A stretch of 64,000 bases of DNA, from positions 448,001 through 512,000 of the forward strand of contig CAVQSP010000013.1 of NCBI GenBank assembly GCA_963715985.1, read 5' to 3'. Numbering within the stretch: the stretch's first letter is position 1; each line of letters opens with the position of its first letter. Shown one piece after another: positions 52,931 through 62,993 of this stretch. Under the pieces are notes generated by a model. The model was not told where the DNA came from. It saw nothing but the letters and a program-made list of their open reading frames with translations, and made no database searches. A program made the position numbers and the translations under genes. This DNA is from an uncultured Thermoleophilia bacterium (GTDB taxonomy: Bacteria; Actinomycetota; Thermoleophilia; UBA2241).

Positions 52931-54100
52931 ATGGCGCTTCGCTCGCAGGAAGAGATGTCGCTGGCGACGCTGTTCGCGCGTACGCTGCGCAACGTCATCG
53001 CGCTCACCGCGGCCGAGGACCGTCGCGTGTGGCCCACCGCCGACGAGATCGTGGAGCACACGCCGGCCGAGGTCACGGCGCCGGCGTCCCTCGTGAGGCT
53101 GTTCCAGTTCTGCCTGCTGCCGGGGATCCTCGGCGCCAGCGCCGGTCCGGCCATCTATCTGGCCGGCAAGCAGTTCAGCGCCGGCCTCGGGCTGCGCTCC
53201 ATCCAGGCGCTCAAGGAGTGGTTCGCGGCGATGGGTCTCGGCGACCTGGAGGTGGAGCTGGACGAGGAACGGGTGCTCGTCAAGCTCGCCCACTGCTTGA
53301 GCTGCTCGCGCCTGCCCGCCACCGGCACGGCCGTGTGCGACCTCGAACGGGGCATCGTCGACGGCGTGCTCGAGGGTATCCTCGGTACCGCGGTGGTGAC
53401 CAAGGAGACGCTCTGCTGGAGCCTCGGCGACACCGTCTGCCAGTTCGAGGGCTACGCCGGCGAGCAGCCCGGCTACGCCTACTACGAGAACGGGTTCCAC
53501 CCCGAGGCGCAGCGGCGCCTGCTCGCGCAACTCGCGGACCAGAGCGAGGTGGCGCTGGACAACCTGCGCCTCATCAGCGAACGCCGCGACCACGAGACTC
53601 ACGACGCACTCACCGGCCTGCTCAACTTCCGCCAGCTCCGCGAATACGCCGACGTCGAGCTGGCTCGGGCGGTGCGCCACGAGCGCAGCGTCGCCGTCGC
53701 GCTGCTCGACCTGGACGGCTTCCGTGCGGTCAACGAGGCGGTGGGGCGCGAGGGCGGCGACGAGGTGCTCTGCCACTGGGCCGCCGCCCTCACCGCGCAG
53801 CTGCGCAGCTGCGACTTCGTGTGCCGCTACGGCGCCGACGAGTTCGTGCTCGTGCTGCCGGAGACGGCCGAGCAGGAGGTCGAGGCCGTCCTCGCCCGCA
53901 TCCTGGGGACCACCGAGCAGCTCGCCGTGACGATCGCGGGCACGCCGTACACGCTCACGGCGTGCGCCGGTGTGGCCACCTTCCCGCGCGACGGCCGCAC
54001 CATCGAAGACCTCGTGGCCAAGGCCGCCACGACCATGTACGCGGCCCGCGCCGGAGGCCCGGGCCGCGTGGCCTTCTACTCTCGCCCGCCGCGTCGCTGA
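52931..54100 (+). CDS. V4R (4VR) sensor domain fused to a GGDEF-family domain
   Basis: C..C..VCDLERG..ETLCWSLGDTVCQF V4R pattern; HDALTGLLN, DLDGF..VN, RYGADEF. Confidence 0.88.
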   Translation: MALRSQEEMSLATLFARTLRNVIALTAAEDRRVWPTADEIVEHTPAEVTAPASLVRLFQFCLLPGILGASAGPAIYLAGKQFSAGLGLRSIQALKEWFAAMGLGDLEVELDEERVLVKLAHCLSCSRLPATGTAVCDLERGIVDGVLEGILGTAVVTKETLCWSLGDTVCQFEGYAGEQPGYAYYENGFHPEAQRRLLAQLADQSEVALDNLRLISERRDHETHDALTGLLNFRQLREYADVELARAVRHERSVAVALLDLDGFRAVNEAVGREGGDEVLCHWAAALTAQLRSCDFVCRYGADEFVLVLPETAEQEVEAVLARILGTTEQLAVTIAGTPYTLTACAGVATFPRDGRTIEDLVAKAATTMYAARAGGPGRVAFYSRPPRR

Positions 54101-54110
54101 GCGGCACCGG

Positions 54111-54575
54111 GTGGCCGCCCGCGTCGAGATCCTCGCGGTAGGATCCCTGCACCGCGACCTGGAGCCCGCCGCGCGCCACTACCTGGACCTGCTGCGGCCG
54201 CTGCTCACGGTGGGCGTCCGTGAAGTCAAAGAGGTGCCGCTGCGCGGGCGCGCGGAGGTGGAGGTGCTGCGCGAGGAGGGCGCGCGCCTGGTCGGCGCCT
54301 GGCCGCGCGTCCCGCTGGTCGCGGCCCTCGCGGTCGACGGCCGTGCCCTGGACACCGAGGCGTTCGCCGCCTGGCTGCAGCGCGGCTTCGAGCGCGGCGG
54401 CGTCGGCTTCGTGATCGGCGGCTCGCTGGGCCTCGGCGACGAGGTGCAGACGCGCGCCGGCGAGCGGCTTTCGCTCTCGGCGCTCACGCTGCCTCACCAG
54501 CTGGCGCGTGTGGTGCTCCTGGAGCAACTGTTCCGCTCCGCCAAGATCCTGCGCGGCGAGCCGTACCACCACTGA
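54111..54575 (+). CDS. rlmH: 23S rRNA (pseudouridine1915-N3)-methyltransferase
   Basis: ILAVG, FVIGGSLGL, LSLSALTLPHQLARVVLLEQLFR, GEPYHH. Confidence 0.92.
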   Translation: MAARVEILAVGSLHRDLEPAARHYLDLLRPLLTVGVREVKEVPLRGRAEVEVLREEGARLVGAWPRVPLVAALAVDGRALDTEAFAAWLQRGFERGGVGFVIGGSLGLGDEVQTRAGERLSLSALTLPHQLARVVLLEQLFRSAKILRGEPYHH

Positions 54576-54690
54576 GCCGCCTCGCGGCTCGCGCCGCCGC
54601 CGGTCTCGTCGCGTCGCCCGGCGGGGGCCGCTAGAATGAGCATCCGCGCCGGCGTCCCGCCGGCGCGCTACCACGGAGCGGGTGTGACGC

Positions 54691-56443
54691 ATGACTGACG
54701 ATCTCTTCGACCTGAGCGGCCTCGCCGCGTCGCTGGGCAGGACCCTGGCGGACGTGCTGGCCGAGGCCGGCAAGCCGCAGGCCACGGCGCCGGCCGTGGA
54801 GCTGGCCATCGCGGCACGGCCCGAGCACGGTGACCTGACCACCAACGCGGCGCTGGTAAGTGCCAAGAAGGCCGGAATGCCCCCGCGCGATCTGGCGACC
54901 GCCCTCGGCGAGCGCTGGCTGGCCGGCCCCGGGGCCGGCCTCTGCGAACGCGTGGAGGTGGCCGGACCGGGCTTCCTCAACCTCTTCCTCACCGACGCCT
55001 GGTACGCCGGCGCCGTGCGCCGTGTGCTCGCGGAGGGCGCGGACTACGGGCGCGGCGCCCTGGCCGCCGAGGCGCGCACGAAGATGAACGTGGAGTTCGT
55101 GAGCGTGAACCCCACCGGCCCGCTGCACGTGGGTCACGCTCGTTACGCGTCCTACGGCGACGCGCTCTGCCGCATCTTCGCCTTCGTCGGCCACGACGTG
55201 ACACGCGAGTTCTACGTGAACGACTTCGGCACGCAGATGACGCGCTTCGCACAGTCGCTGGCGGCCCGCTACGGCCAGCGCCTGGGCCTCGACGCGGCGG
55301 TCCCCGAGGAGGGCTACCAGGGGGAGTACCTCCTCGACCTCGCCGACGCCTTCATCGCCGAGCGCGGCGACGAGTACCGCGACGCCGTCGCCGCCGCCTG
55401 CCCGGACATGGAGGCGCTCGGACGCCGCCGCCCTCGAGGGCTTCAAGACCTGGGGCCGCGACGCCATCCTCGCCCAGTTCCGCGCCACCCTCGAACGCCT
55501 GCGGGTGCCGTTCGACGTCTGGGCCCACGAGAGCGCCCTCTACAGCGGCGAGGGCGAGCACCGCGGCTTCGTCGGGGAGGTGGGCAACGCCCTGGCCGAC
55601 CTCGACGGCGAGAAGCTCCTGTACGACGAAGAAGGCGCCGTGTGGCTGCGCACCACCGAGTTCGGCGACGACAAGGACCGCGTGCTCATCCGTTCGACCG
55701 GCGATCCCACGTACTTCCTCAGCGACATCGCCTACCACCGCGACAAGATGGACCGCGGCTTCGCGCACCTGATCGACATCTGGGGTGCCGACCACCACGG
55801 CTACGTGCCGCGCATGAAGGCCGCATTCACGGCCCTGCCGCCGCACGATCCCGAGCGCCTGGAGCTCATCATCGGGCAGCTGGTGAACCTGCTGGAGAGC
55901 GGCGAGGCCAAGCGTATGAGCAAGCGCAAGGGCGACATCGTGACGGTGGACGACCTCATCGACGCCATCGGCGTGGACGCGGCCCGCTTCCTCCTCGTGG
56001 GGCGTTCGCACGACACCACCCTGGAGCTCGACATCGACGTGGCCCGCGAGCAGTCCAACAAGAACCCCGTGTACTACGTGCAGTATGCGCACGCGCGCAT
56101 CTGCAGCATCCTGCGCAACCTGGGCGCGGAGGGTGGGGGAGACGAGCCGGGCGGAGAGGTGCCGGCCGCCGTCGCGGTGGGCCCCCACGAGCGCGCCCTG
56201 GTGCGGGCCCTGGCGCGCTACCCGTCGGTGCTGCTGACGGCCACCGACAGCCGCGCGCCGCACCGCCTGAACACGTACCTCAGCGAGCTCGCGGCCGAGT
56301 TCCACGTCTTCTACCGGCACTGCCGCGTGCTCGTGGACGAGGCCGACGTCTCGGCGTTCCGCGCCGGACTGTGCCGGGCCACGCGCGACGTGCTCGCCGG
56401 CGGTCTGGCCCTGCTCGGAGTGACGGCTCCGGAGACCATGTGA
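54691..56443 (+). CDS. argS: Arginyl-tRNA synthetase (indel near 55420)
   Basis: HGDLTTN, GPGFLN, EFVSVNPTGPLHVGH, GADHHGY, MSKRKG, NPVYYVQYAHAR. Confidence 0.96.
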
Positions 56444-56486
56444 GGCGAAGGGGCGGGGCGGACGCAGTCCGCCCCGCCCCTTCGCC
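56444..56486. terminator. 20-bp perfect stem hairpin between convergent argS and BlaI genes
   Basis: ggcgaaggggcggggcggac-gca-gtccgccccgccccttcgcc. Confidence 0.7.
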
Positions 56487-56498
56487 GGCTCGTTCGGC

Positions 56499-56921
56499 CT
56501 AGGCGCCGAACCGCTGCCGCACCCAGTCGCGCAGTTCGGCGGTCTCCTCCGGGCCGAGCTCCCTGTCGAGGCGCAGCATCTGGGACACCGCTATGTTGTA
56601 CTGGCCGTTGAGCAGACGGTCCACGACGCTGTCGAGCACCGTCTTCACGACCTCGCGGCCCGGGATCGCCGGGGTGTAGACGTAGGCCACGCCGCCCTTG
56701 TCCTGGTCCAGCAGGTGCTTCTTGACCAGATTGTTCATCACCGTCATCACCGTGGTGTAGGCGATCTGACGCCTCGCCCGCAGCGTCTCGTACACCTCGC
56801 GCACGGTGGTGCTGCCAAGCTGCCACACCACGGCGAGGATGTCCGCTTCCAGCGATCCGATGCCGGTGAACGGCGCGCCCTTCGTGCTGCGCATCCATGT
56901 GGGCTGGGTGGGCTGATCCAT
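56499..56921 (-). CDS. BlaI/MecI/CopY family repressor
   Basis: GSLEADILAVVW, TVREV, IAYTTVMTVMNNLVKK, AYVY. Confidence 0.92.
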   Translation of the reverse strand: MDQPTQPTWMRSTKGAPFTGIGSLEADILAVVWQLGSTTVREVYETLRARRQIAYTTVMTVMNNLVKKHLLDQDKGGVAYVYTPAIPGREVVKTVLDSVVDRLLNGQYNIAVSQMLRLDRELGPEETAELRDWVRQRFGA

Positions 56922-57122
56922 CTCGGCTCCCTCCGGCCGGCCGACTCCCGTACGTGCGTCCGCGCCCCGCGACGCACTACGAACTTAGGTGTACGTATTC
57001 CCCACTCGCGCAAGTCCACGCCCATTCGCCGTTTCGAGTCGCCCGGCGTGATGGACCGCGTGACCATGTAGAATCGGTGACCGTTGCATCGACAGCCACC
57101 GCGGTGGCGAGGAGGTCCTGCC

Positions 57123-58190
57123 GTGCCCGCCGACTTCGGACTGCTGCGCGCCCTGTGTCTCGCGCCGGGGCCCTCGGGGTTCGAGGCTTCCGTCCAGGAG
57201 GTCGTCCGCGAGCGCCTGTCGCCGCTCGGAGAGGCGTCCGGCGACCCGCTGGGCAACGTGTGGCTCGAGGTGGGCGCCGGCGACGGGCCGCGGATCACCG
57301 TGGCCGCGCACGCCGACCAGATCGGCCTCATCGTCACCTTCGTGGACGAGCACGGCTACCTCTCCGTGGAGAAGATCGGCGGCGTGGCGCCGCTGCTGGT
57401 ACCGGGCCGCGAGTTCGTGGTGCACGGGAGGAGCGGCCCGGTCCACGCCGTGGGTGGGCGCAAGCCCACGCACATCATCCCCGAGGCGGATCGTGACAAG
57501 GCGCCTCCCCTGCACGAGCAGTTCCTCGACATCGGGGCCGCTACCCGCGAGGAGGCCCTGGAGCGCGTCGCCGTCGGCGACCCGATCACGTTCGCGCCCG
57601 GCTTCGTGGAGCTCGCGCCGGGCGTCGTGGCGACCCAGGCGCTGGACGACCGCGCCGGCATGTACGTCATGGTGCGCGCTCTCGAGCTCTACGCCGAGAC
57701 TCCCGGCGGCTCCCGTCTCACCGGCCTCTCGACCGTGCACGAGGAGACCACCTTCATGGGCGCCAAGGCGCAGGCTCTGCGCGCTGCGCCGGACGTGTTC
57801 ATCGTCATCGACGCCGACTTCGCCAGCGACACACCGGCCGCCGATGCCAAACGCCTGGCCGGCCAGGTGCGGCTGGGCGGCGGCCCGGTGCTGGGGCGCG
57901 GAGCCGGCAGCAACCACACGCTCCTCGACCTGGCCGTGGCTGCCGCCGCGGCCGAGGGCGTGCCGGTGCAGGTCAAGGCGGCGCCCGAGGCCACGTCCAC
58001 CGACGCCGACGAGCTCATGGCCGCGGGCACGGCGGCCACGCTCTCGCTGAGCTTCCCGGTGCGGTACATGCACTCGCCGTTCGAAGTCGCCCACGGCGAC
58101 GATCTGGAGGCCGCCGCCGTGCTCGTGGCCGCCCTCGCCCGGCGCCTCGGCGAACCCGGCGCCGCCGTCAGCTTCACACCGCGCGCCTAG
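57123..58190 (+). CDS. M42 family (TET-like) metallo-aminopeptidase
   Basis: GPSGFE, AAHADQIG, LDDRAG, VHEE, TDAD, RYMHSP. Confidence 0.9.
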   Translation: MPADFGLLRALCLAPGPSGFEASVQEVVRERLSPLGEASGDPLGNVWLEVGAGDGPRITVAAHADQIGLIVTFVDEHGYLSVEKIGGVAPLLVPGREFVVHGRSGPVHAVGGRKPTHIIPEADRDKAPPLHEQFLDIGAATREEALERVAVGDPITFAPGFVELAPGVVATQALDDRAGMYVMVRALELYAETPGGSRLTGLSTVHEETTFMGAKAQALRAAPDVFIVIDADFASDTPAADAKRLAGQVRLGGGPVLGRGAGSNHTLLDLAVAAAAAEGVPVQVKAAPEATSTDADELMAAGTAATLSLSFPVRYMHSPFEVAHGDDLEAAAVLVAALARRLGEPGAAVSFTPRA

Positions 58191-58256
58191 GGCGCGGCGC
58201 GTCCCGCGCCGCGCCCGCACGCTTCGACCGCCGCCAGGGGCGGCAGGGAGGGCCCC

Positions 58257-59072
58257 GTGAGAGTGTTCGTCGCCATCGACCTCGAGGGCATCACCGGCGT
58301 CGTCTCCGAGCAGGACACGGCGCGCAGCGGACCGGCGGCCGAGGCGGCGCGCCGTCATATGCGCGCCGACCTGGACGCGGTCCTGGCCGGCTGCCTCGCC
58401 GCCGGAGCCCGCGAGATCGTCGTGAGCGACGCTCACGACGACGGCCGCAACCTCGACCCCTCCGGACTCCCGGACTCCGTCGTCCTCGTCTCGGGCCCGG
58501 CGGCGCCGCACAGCATGGTGCAGGGCATCGGCCCGGGCTTCGCCGGCGCCTTGTTCGTGGGCTACCACGCCCGCGCCGGCACCGAGGCGGCCGTCCTCGA
58601 GCACACCTGGAACTACAAGGTGTTCTCGGCCCGCTTCGGCGACCTCGAGGTGGGCGAGTTCGGGATGGGAGCGCTCGTGGCCGGGCACTACGGCGTGCCC
58701 GCCACGTACGTCTCCGGCGACGACAAGACTGCACTGGAGGCCGAGGAGCTCGTGCCCGGCATCGTGACCACGGTCGTCAAGCGCGGCCTCACGCGCCTCT
58801 CCGCCGAGCTCTGCGCCGCGGACGAGGCGCGCGCACGGCTGCGGGCCGACGCCGAGCGCGCCGTGCGTGCCGCGCCCAGCCTCGCGCCGCTGCTGTGGAA
58901 CGGCCGGCCGCTACGTCTCGAGTTCACGCGCGTGGAGTTCTGCGACCGCGCCGCGGCCTGCCCGGGTGTGCGCCGGCTGGATGGGCGCACGCTGGAGATC
59001 GCCGGCGCCGACGTGGAGCAGATCTACCGCGGCTTCCTCGCCTGCACGCGCCTCTCCGACCTGGAGGATTGA
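58257..59072 (+). CDS. M55 family D-aminopeptidase (DppA-like)
   Basis: DLEGITG, DAH, SMVQG, FVGYHA, LEHT, GE, SGD. Confidence 0.9.
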   Translation: MRVFVAIDLEGITGVVSEQDTARSGPAAEAARRHMRADLDAVLAGCLAAGAREIVVSDAHDDGRNLDPSGLPDSVVLVSGPAAPHSMVQGIGPGFAGALFVGYHARAGTEAAVLEHTWNYKVFSARFGDLEVGEFGMGALVAGHYGVPATYVSGDDKTALEAEELVPGIVTTVVKRGLTRLSAELCAADEARARLRADAERAVRAAPSLAPLLWNGRPLRLEFTRVEFCDRAAACPGVRRLDGRTLEIAGADVEQIYRGFLACTRLSDLED

Positions 59073-59130
59073 CCGGGCGGCCGCCGTCCAGTTGCGAGGC
59101 CGCCGTACGTGTGGTGAACTAGGTCCGCGA

Positions 59131-59206
59131 GCGGATGTAGTGTAGCTGGTAACACGTCAGCTTCCCAAGCTGAAGACCGCGGGTTCGAGCCCCGTCATCC
59201 GCTCCA
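59131..59206 (+). tRNA. tRNA-Gly(CCC)
   Basis: gcggatg/catccgc acceptor stem, tcagc-ttCCCaa-gctga anticodon arm, GGTTCGAG T-loop, encoded CCA. Confidence 0.97.
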
Positions 59207-59289
59207 GCCCCACCCTTCCTCCCTCCCGGTCGGGCCACGTCCCGGTGCTCTCGCGGACGGGCCTTCGTCGGCATGCCTCTTGACCAAAG

Positions 59290-59328
59290 TCAGGGTTCCC
59301 TGAGGGCGAAGATTAGGCTATCCTAATC
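59290..59328 (+). promoter_or_regulatory. Two DtxR/MntR-like palindromes upstream of dtxR-feoB
   Basis: TCAGGG-tt-CCCTGA (59290..59303) and GATTAGG-ctat-CCTAATC (59311..59328); TTAGG..CCTAA resembles the DtxR box. Confidence 0.7.
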
Positions 59329-59391
59329 ACGTGGTGGCACGCGCTCGTCCGGGCGGTGCCGGGAGCCACGTCCACGCAAGGGAGGAGACCC

Positions 59392-60048
59392 GTGACCACG
59401 CGCACGCACGGCACCGACGAGTACCTCGAGGCGATCTTCAAACTCGAACGCGGCGGCGACCCCGTGACGGTCAAGCGTCTCGCCGCCGAGCTGGGGTTCA
59501 CGCCGCCGTCGGTGTCCGAGATGCTGGTGCGCCTGCGCGCGGCCGGAATGGTGGAGACGCGCGGCGACGCCGGCATCCGGCTCACGCCGGCCGGCGAGAA
59601 GGAGGGCGCCAGTCTGGTGCGCCGTCATCGCCTCAGCGAGCGCTTCCTCGTGGACTACCTCGGCATGCCGTGGGACGCGGTGCACGACGAGGCCTGCAAG
59701 CTGGAGCACGTGCTCAGCCCGGAGGTGGAGGCGCGGCTGGCCGAGCAGCTCGGCGACCCGCGCACGTGCCCGCACGGGCACGTCATCCCGCAGGAGGACG
59801 GCTCGCTGCCGGAAGAGGAGCTGCGCCCGCTGTCCGACCTCGACGTGGGCGACGCCGCGGTGATCGGCTGCATCGCGGAGGAGAGCGGGGACTTCCTGCG
59901 CTACCTCGGCACGCTGGGACTCCTGCCGGACACCCCGGTCGAGGTCGAGAGCGTGGCGCCGTTCGGCGGCCCGCTGCTGGTGCGCGTGGCCGGCTGCCAG
60001 TACGCCCTGGGGCGTGAGGTGGCCGGCAAGATCCTCGTGCGCGACTAG
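59392..60048 (+). CDS. DtxR/MntR family metal-dependent repressor with FeoA-like C-terminal domain
   Basis: DEYLEAIF, PPSVSEM, RRHRLSERFL, EACKLEH, CPHGH, PFGGP. Confidence 0.93.
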   Translation: MTTRTHGTDEYLEAIFKLERGGDPVTVKRLAAELGFTPPSVSEMLVRLRAAGMVETRGDAGIRLTPAGEKEGASLVRRHRLSERFLVDYLGMPWDAVHDEACKLEHVLSPEVEARLAEQLGDPRTCPHGHVIPQEDGSLPEEELRPLSDLDVGDAAVIGCIAEESGDFLRYLGTLGLLPDTPVEVESVAPFGGPLLVRVAGCQYALGREVAGKILVRD

Positions 60049-60051
60049 CCT

Positions 60052-62058
60052 GTGGCCACAGTCCTTTCATCCTCCCGGCGAGCGCGCCGGTCCCAGGCGG
60101 GGCAACAGCCGCTGGTCGTGTGTGTGGCCGGCAACCCCAACGTCGGCAAGACCTCGCTCTACAACGCGCTCACCGGCGGCGTCGGCGAGACCGCCAACTA
60201 CGCCGGCGTGAGCGTCGAGGCCGCGAGCCTGTGCACCCACTGGGGCGAGCGCCGCGTGGAGGTAGTCGACCTTCCGGGCGCCTACGCGCTCGAGGGCCAC
60301 TCCGAGGACCAGCGCGCCGCCCGCGACGAGTTGCTCGCCCGGGAGCCGGACGTGGTGGTGGCCGTGGCCGACGCCACCAACCTCGCTCGCAGCCTCTATC
60401 TGCCGCTGCAGCTGATCGACCTCGGCTATCGCGTCGCCCTTGCAGTCAACCTGAGCGACGAGGCGCGGCGACGCAACCGCGAGCCGGACCCGCGCATCCT
60501 CGGGGACCAGCTGGGCGTCCCGGTGGTGGCCACCGTCGCACCGCGCGGGCACGGCCTGCCCGCCTTGCAGGCGGCCGCGCTCGAGGTGGCCGCCATCGAC
60601 GCCGCCGTGGACCCGCGCTGGCATGAGCGCGGCACGCCGCTGCCGCCGGCCGTGGAGGCGCGCCTCGCGACGCTGGCGGACGCGGTGGAGGCGCGCGCCG
60701 GGGCCGCCGGCCTGCCCGGCGGCCTGTCTGCGCGCGCCGCGGCGCTGGCGGTGCTCGAGGGCGACGCGGCTATCGACGGCATGCTGGGGCTGTCCTCCGG
60801 CGGCGTCCTCACGGCCGCCGACGACGGCTTCGCCATGGAGATCGCCAAGGCCCGGCACGCGGAGGCACGCCGCCTCGCGGCGGCGGCGCAGGCGCCCGCG
60901 CCGCGGGCCGGCTCCGACACGTTGTGGCGCCTCACCACGTCGCCGCGCACCGGCATCCCCATCATGATCGGCGTCGTCGCAGCGATGTTCCTCACGCTCT
61001 TCGTGGTCGGCGAGGTGCTGTCGCGCCTGCTCACCGGCGCGTGGACGGCGTGGATCTCCCCCGCCGTCGTGTCGGCAGTCCAGGCGGTGCTCGGCGACGG
61101 CACGGTCGGCAGGGTCGTCCTGTGGGGCATCGACGGCGGCATCCTGGCGACGCTCGCCGTCGGCATCCCGTACATCCTCACCTTCTACCTCATCCTCGCG
61201 CTGGTGGAGGACTCGGGGTACATGAACGCCGCCGCGTTCCTGAGCGACCGCGTGATGCATCGCTTCGGGCTGCACGGGCGCGCCATCATGCCGCTCATCG
61301 CCGCCGGCGGGTGCAACGTGCCGGCGGTCATCGCCACGCGCACGCTCTCCAACCCCCGCGAGCGCTTCATCGCCTCGGTGCTCGCCACGCTCACGCCGTG
61401 CAGCGCCCGCACCGCCGTGATCATCGGCGCCGTGGCCGGCGTCGCGGGCTGGCAGTACGCGCTGCTCACCTACGGCGTGCTGCTCGTCGTGATGGTCGGC
61501 GCCGGGCTCGTACTGAACCGTCTCCTCCCCGGCGAGGAGGGCGCGCTGGTCATGGAGATGTTCCCGTTCCGGCGCCCCGTGCTGCGGCAGGTGCTGCGCA
61601 AGACGTGGCGCCGCTTCCGCGAGTTCGTGTGGGACGCGGCGCCCATCATCATCCTCGGCAGCATGGCGCTGGGCATCCTCTACGAGACCGGGATCGTGTG
61701 GAAGCTCGAGCCCATCATGGCGCCCGTGGTGCAGGGCTGGCTGCTGCTGCCGGCGGTCGCCGGCCTCACGCTGGTCTTCGCCGTGCTGCGCAAGGAGATG
61801 GCGCTGCAGCTCCTGCTCGTGTTCGCGGCCGTGCAGGCCGGCGGCGCGGTGGTGAGCATCTCCAGCATCATGACCACGTCGCAGATCGTGACCTACGCCA
61901 TCGTCAACGCGATCTACATCCCGTGTCTCGCCACCATCACCGTGCTCGGGCGCGTGGTGGGCTGGAAGCGCACGGTCTACATCATCGCCGGGACCATCGT
62001 CCTGGCGCTCGCGGTGGGCGGCGTGGTGGCCCGGCTGCTGCCGCTCATCAGCGCCTGA
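60052..62058 (+). CDS. feoB: Ferrous iron transporter FeoB
   Basis: GNPNVGKT, ANYAGVSVE, DLPGAY, EDSGYM, GCNVPA, PCSAR, YIPC. Confidence 0.95.
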   Translation: MATVLSSSRRARRSQAGQQPLVVCVAGNPNVGKTSLYNALTGGVGETANYAGVSVEAASLCTHWGERRVEVVDLPGAYALEGHSEDQRAARDELLAREPDVVVAVADATNLARSLYLPLQLIDLGYRVALAVNLSDEARRRNREPDPRILGDQLGVPVVATVAPRGHGLPALQAAALEVAAIDAAVDPRWHERGTPLPPAVEARLATLADAVEARAGAAGLPGGLSARAAALAVLEGDAAIDGMLGLSSGGVLTAADDGFAMEIAKARHAEARRLAAAAQAPAPRAGSDTLWRLTTSPRTGIPIMIGVVAAMFLTLFVVGEVLSRLLTGAWTAWISPAVVSAVQAVLGDGTVGRVVLWGIDGGILATLAVGIPYILTFYLILALVEDSGYMNAAAFLSDRVMHRFGLHGRAIMPLIAAGGCNVPAVIATRTLSNPRERFIASVLATLTPCSARTAVIIGAVAGVAGWQYALLTYGVLLVVMVGAGLVLNRLLPGEEGALVMEMFPFRRPVLRQVLRKTWRRFREFVWDAAPIIILGSMALGILYETGIVWKLEPIMAPVVQGWLLLPAVAGLTLVFAVLRKEMALQLLLVFAAVQAGGAVVSISSIMTTSQIVTYAIVNAIYIPCLATITVLGRVVGWKRTVYIIAGTIVLALAVGGVVARLLPLISA

Positions 62059-62849
62059 GACCCGGCGCCGCCCCGGAGCCGGCGTCCTCTCAGCCCCGCT
62101 CCCGCCGCCCGGCGATCGTTCTCCACGACCCATTCGAGTGTGGCGCGCGCCACCTCCGGCGAGCGCCCGGGGCCGTGGTGGCCGCCACCGTCCAGCACGA
62201 TGAAGCGCGTAGGCGGCGCCAGCACGGCGGCCAGGCGCTCGCTGTGCGCGAACGGCACCACGTCGTCGTCGCGCGCGTGCGCGAGCAGCACGCGCGGCAT
62301 GCCGCGGGCGGCCGCGAACAGGTCGAGGTCGCGCAACCACGGCCGCAGGGCCGGCCCGTCGAAGCGCCCGTAGTACTCGCGGTCCGGGTCGTCGGCGTCC
62401 TCGAACTGGTCGAGCGCGTCGAGGCCGGCCAGGAGCGACGGCCCGGGGGCCGGGCACAACAGGACGAGCGAGCTGAAGAGCGCGGGGTGGGCGTGGGCGG
62501 CCAGCAGCAGGAAGCAGCCGCCCATGCTGGCCCCGCGGGCCGCCACCCAGGGCGCGCCCGAGGCGGCGCGCAGCGTCTCGGCGGCGGCCACTGCGTCGTG
62601 CCAGCCGTCCGGTCCCAGCACGCCGCCACTCTCACCGTGGCCGCGGAAGTCGAAGGTCAGCGCCGCCAGCCCGGCCGCTGCTGCCTGCTCTCCCATCACG
62701 CCGTGGTTCTCCTTGCGGCTGCCGGCGCCGTGGCACACGAGCAGCGCGCCGCGCGGTGGGCCGGCCGGGCGGAAGAGCAGGCCGGCCAGTCCTATGCCGT
62801 CAGCCACAAAGGTGATGCTCTCGGGTGCAGGTGGTACGGCTCCCGTCAC
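61977..62849 (-). CDS. Alpha/beta hydrolase (true stop probably ~62090 if an indel is present)
   Basis: CHGAGS, FDFRGHGES, GASMGG nucleophile elbow, DDVVP, GGHH. Confidence 0.85.
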   Translation of the reverse strand: MTGAVPPAPESITFVADGIGLAGLLFRPAGPPRGALLVCHGAGSRKENHGVMGEQAAAAGLAALTFDFRGHGESGGVLGPDGWHDAVAAAETLRAASGAPWVAARGASMGGCFLLLAAHAHPALFSSLVLLCPAPGPSLLAGLDALDQFEDADDPDREYYGRFDGPALRPWLRDLDLFAAARGMPRVLLAHARDDDVVPFAHSERLAAVLAPPTRFIVLDGGGHHGPGRSPEVARATLEWVVENDRRAAGAGLRGRRLRGGAGSQALMSGSSRATTPPTASARTMVPAMM

Positions 62850-62993
62850 GTGTCCCCTCCTTGTGGTGGCCGCCGCGAGTTTAGCCCAGCCCTCACATGT
62901 GGTGTACTACCGAAGCCGCGGCGCCGCTGCGCCGCCGCGGCAGTCCCGCGAGAACCCCCGCGGGCGCCCCGCGCCCGCCGCTACGGAGGTCCC

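Noticed and set aside
59131-59206. tRNA-Gly as integration site of the island
   Set aside because: No integrase or transposase in the window, no duplicated tRNA 3' end seen, and core genes lie between the tRNA and the island.
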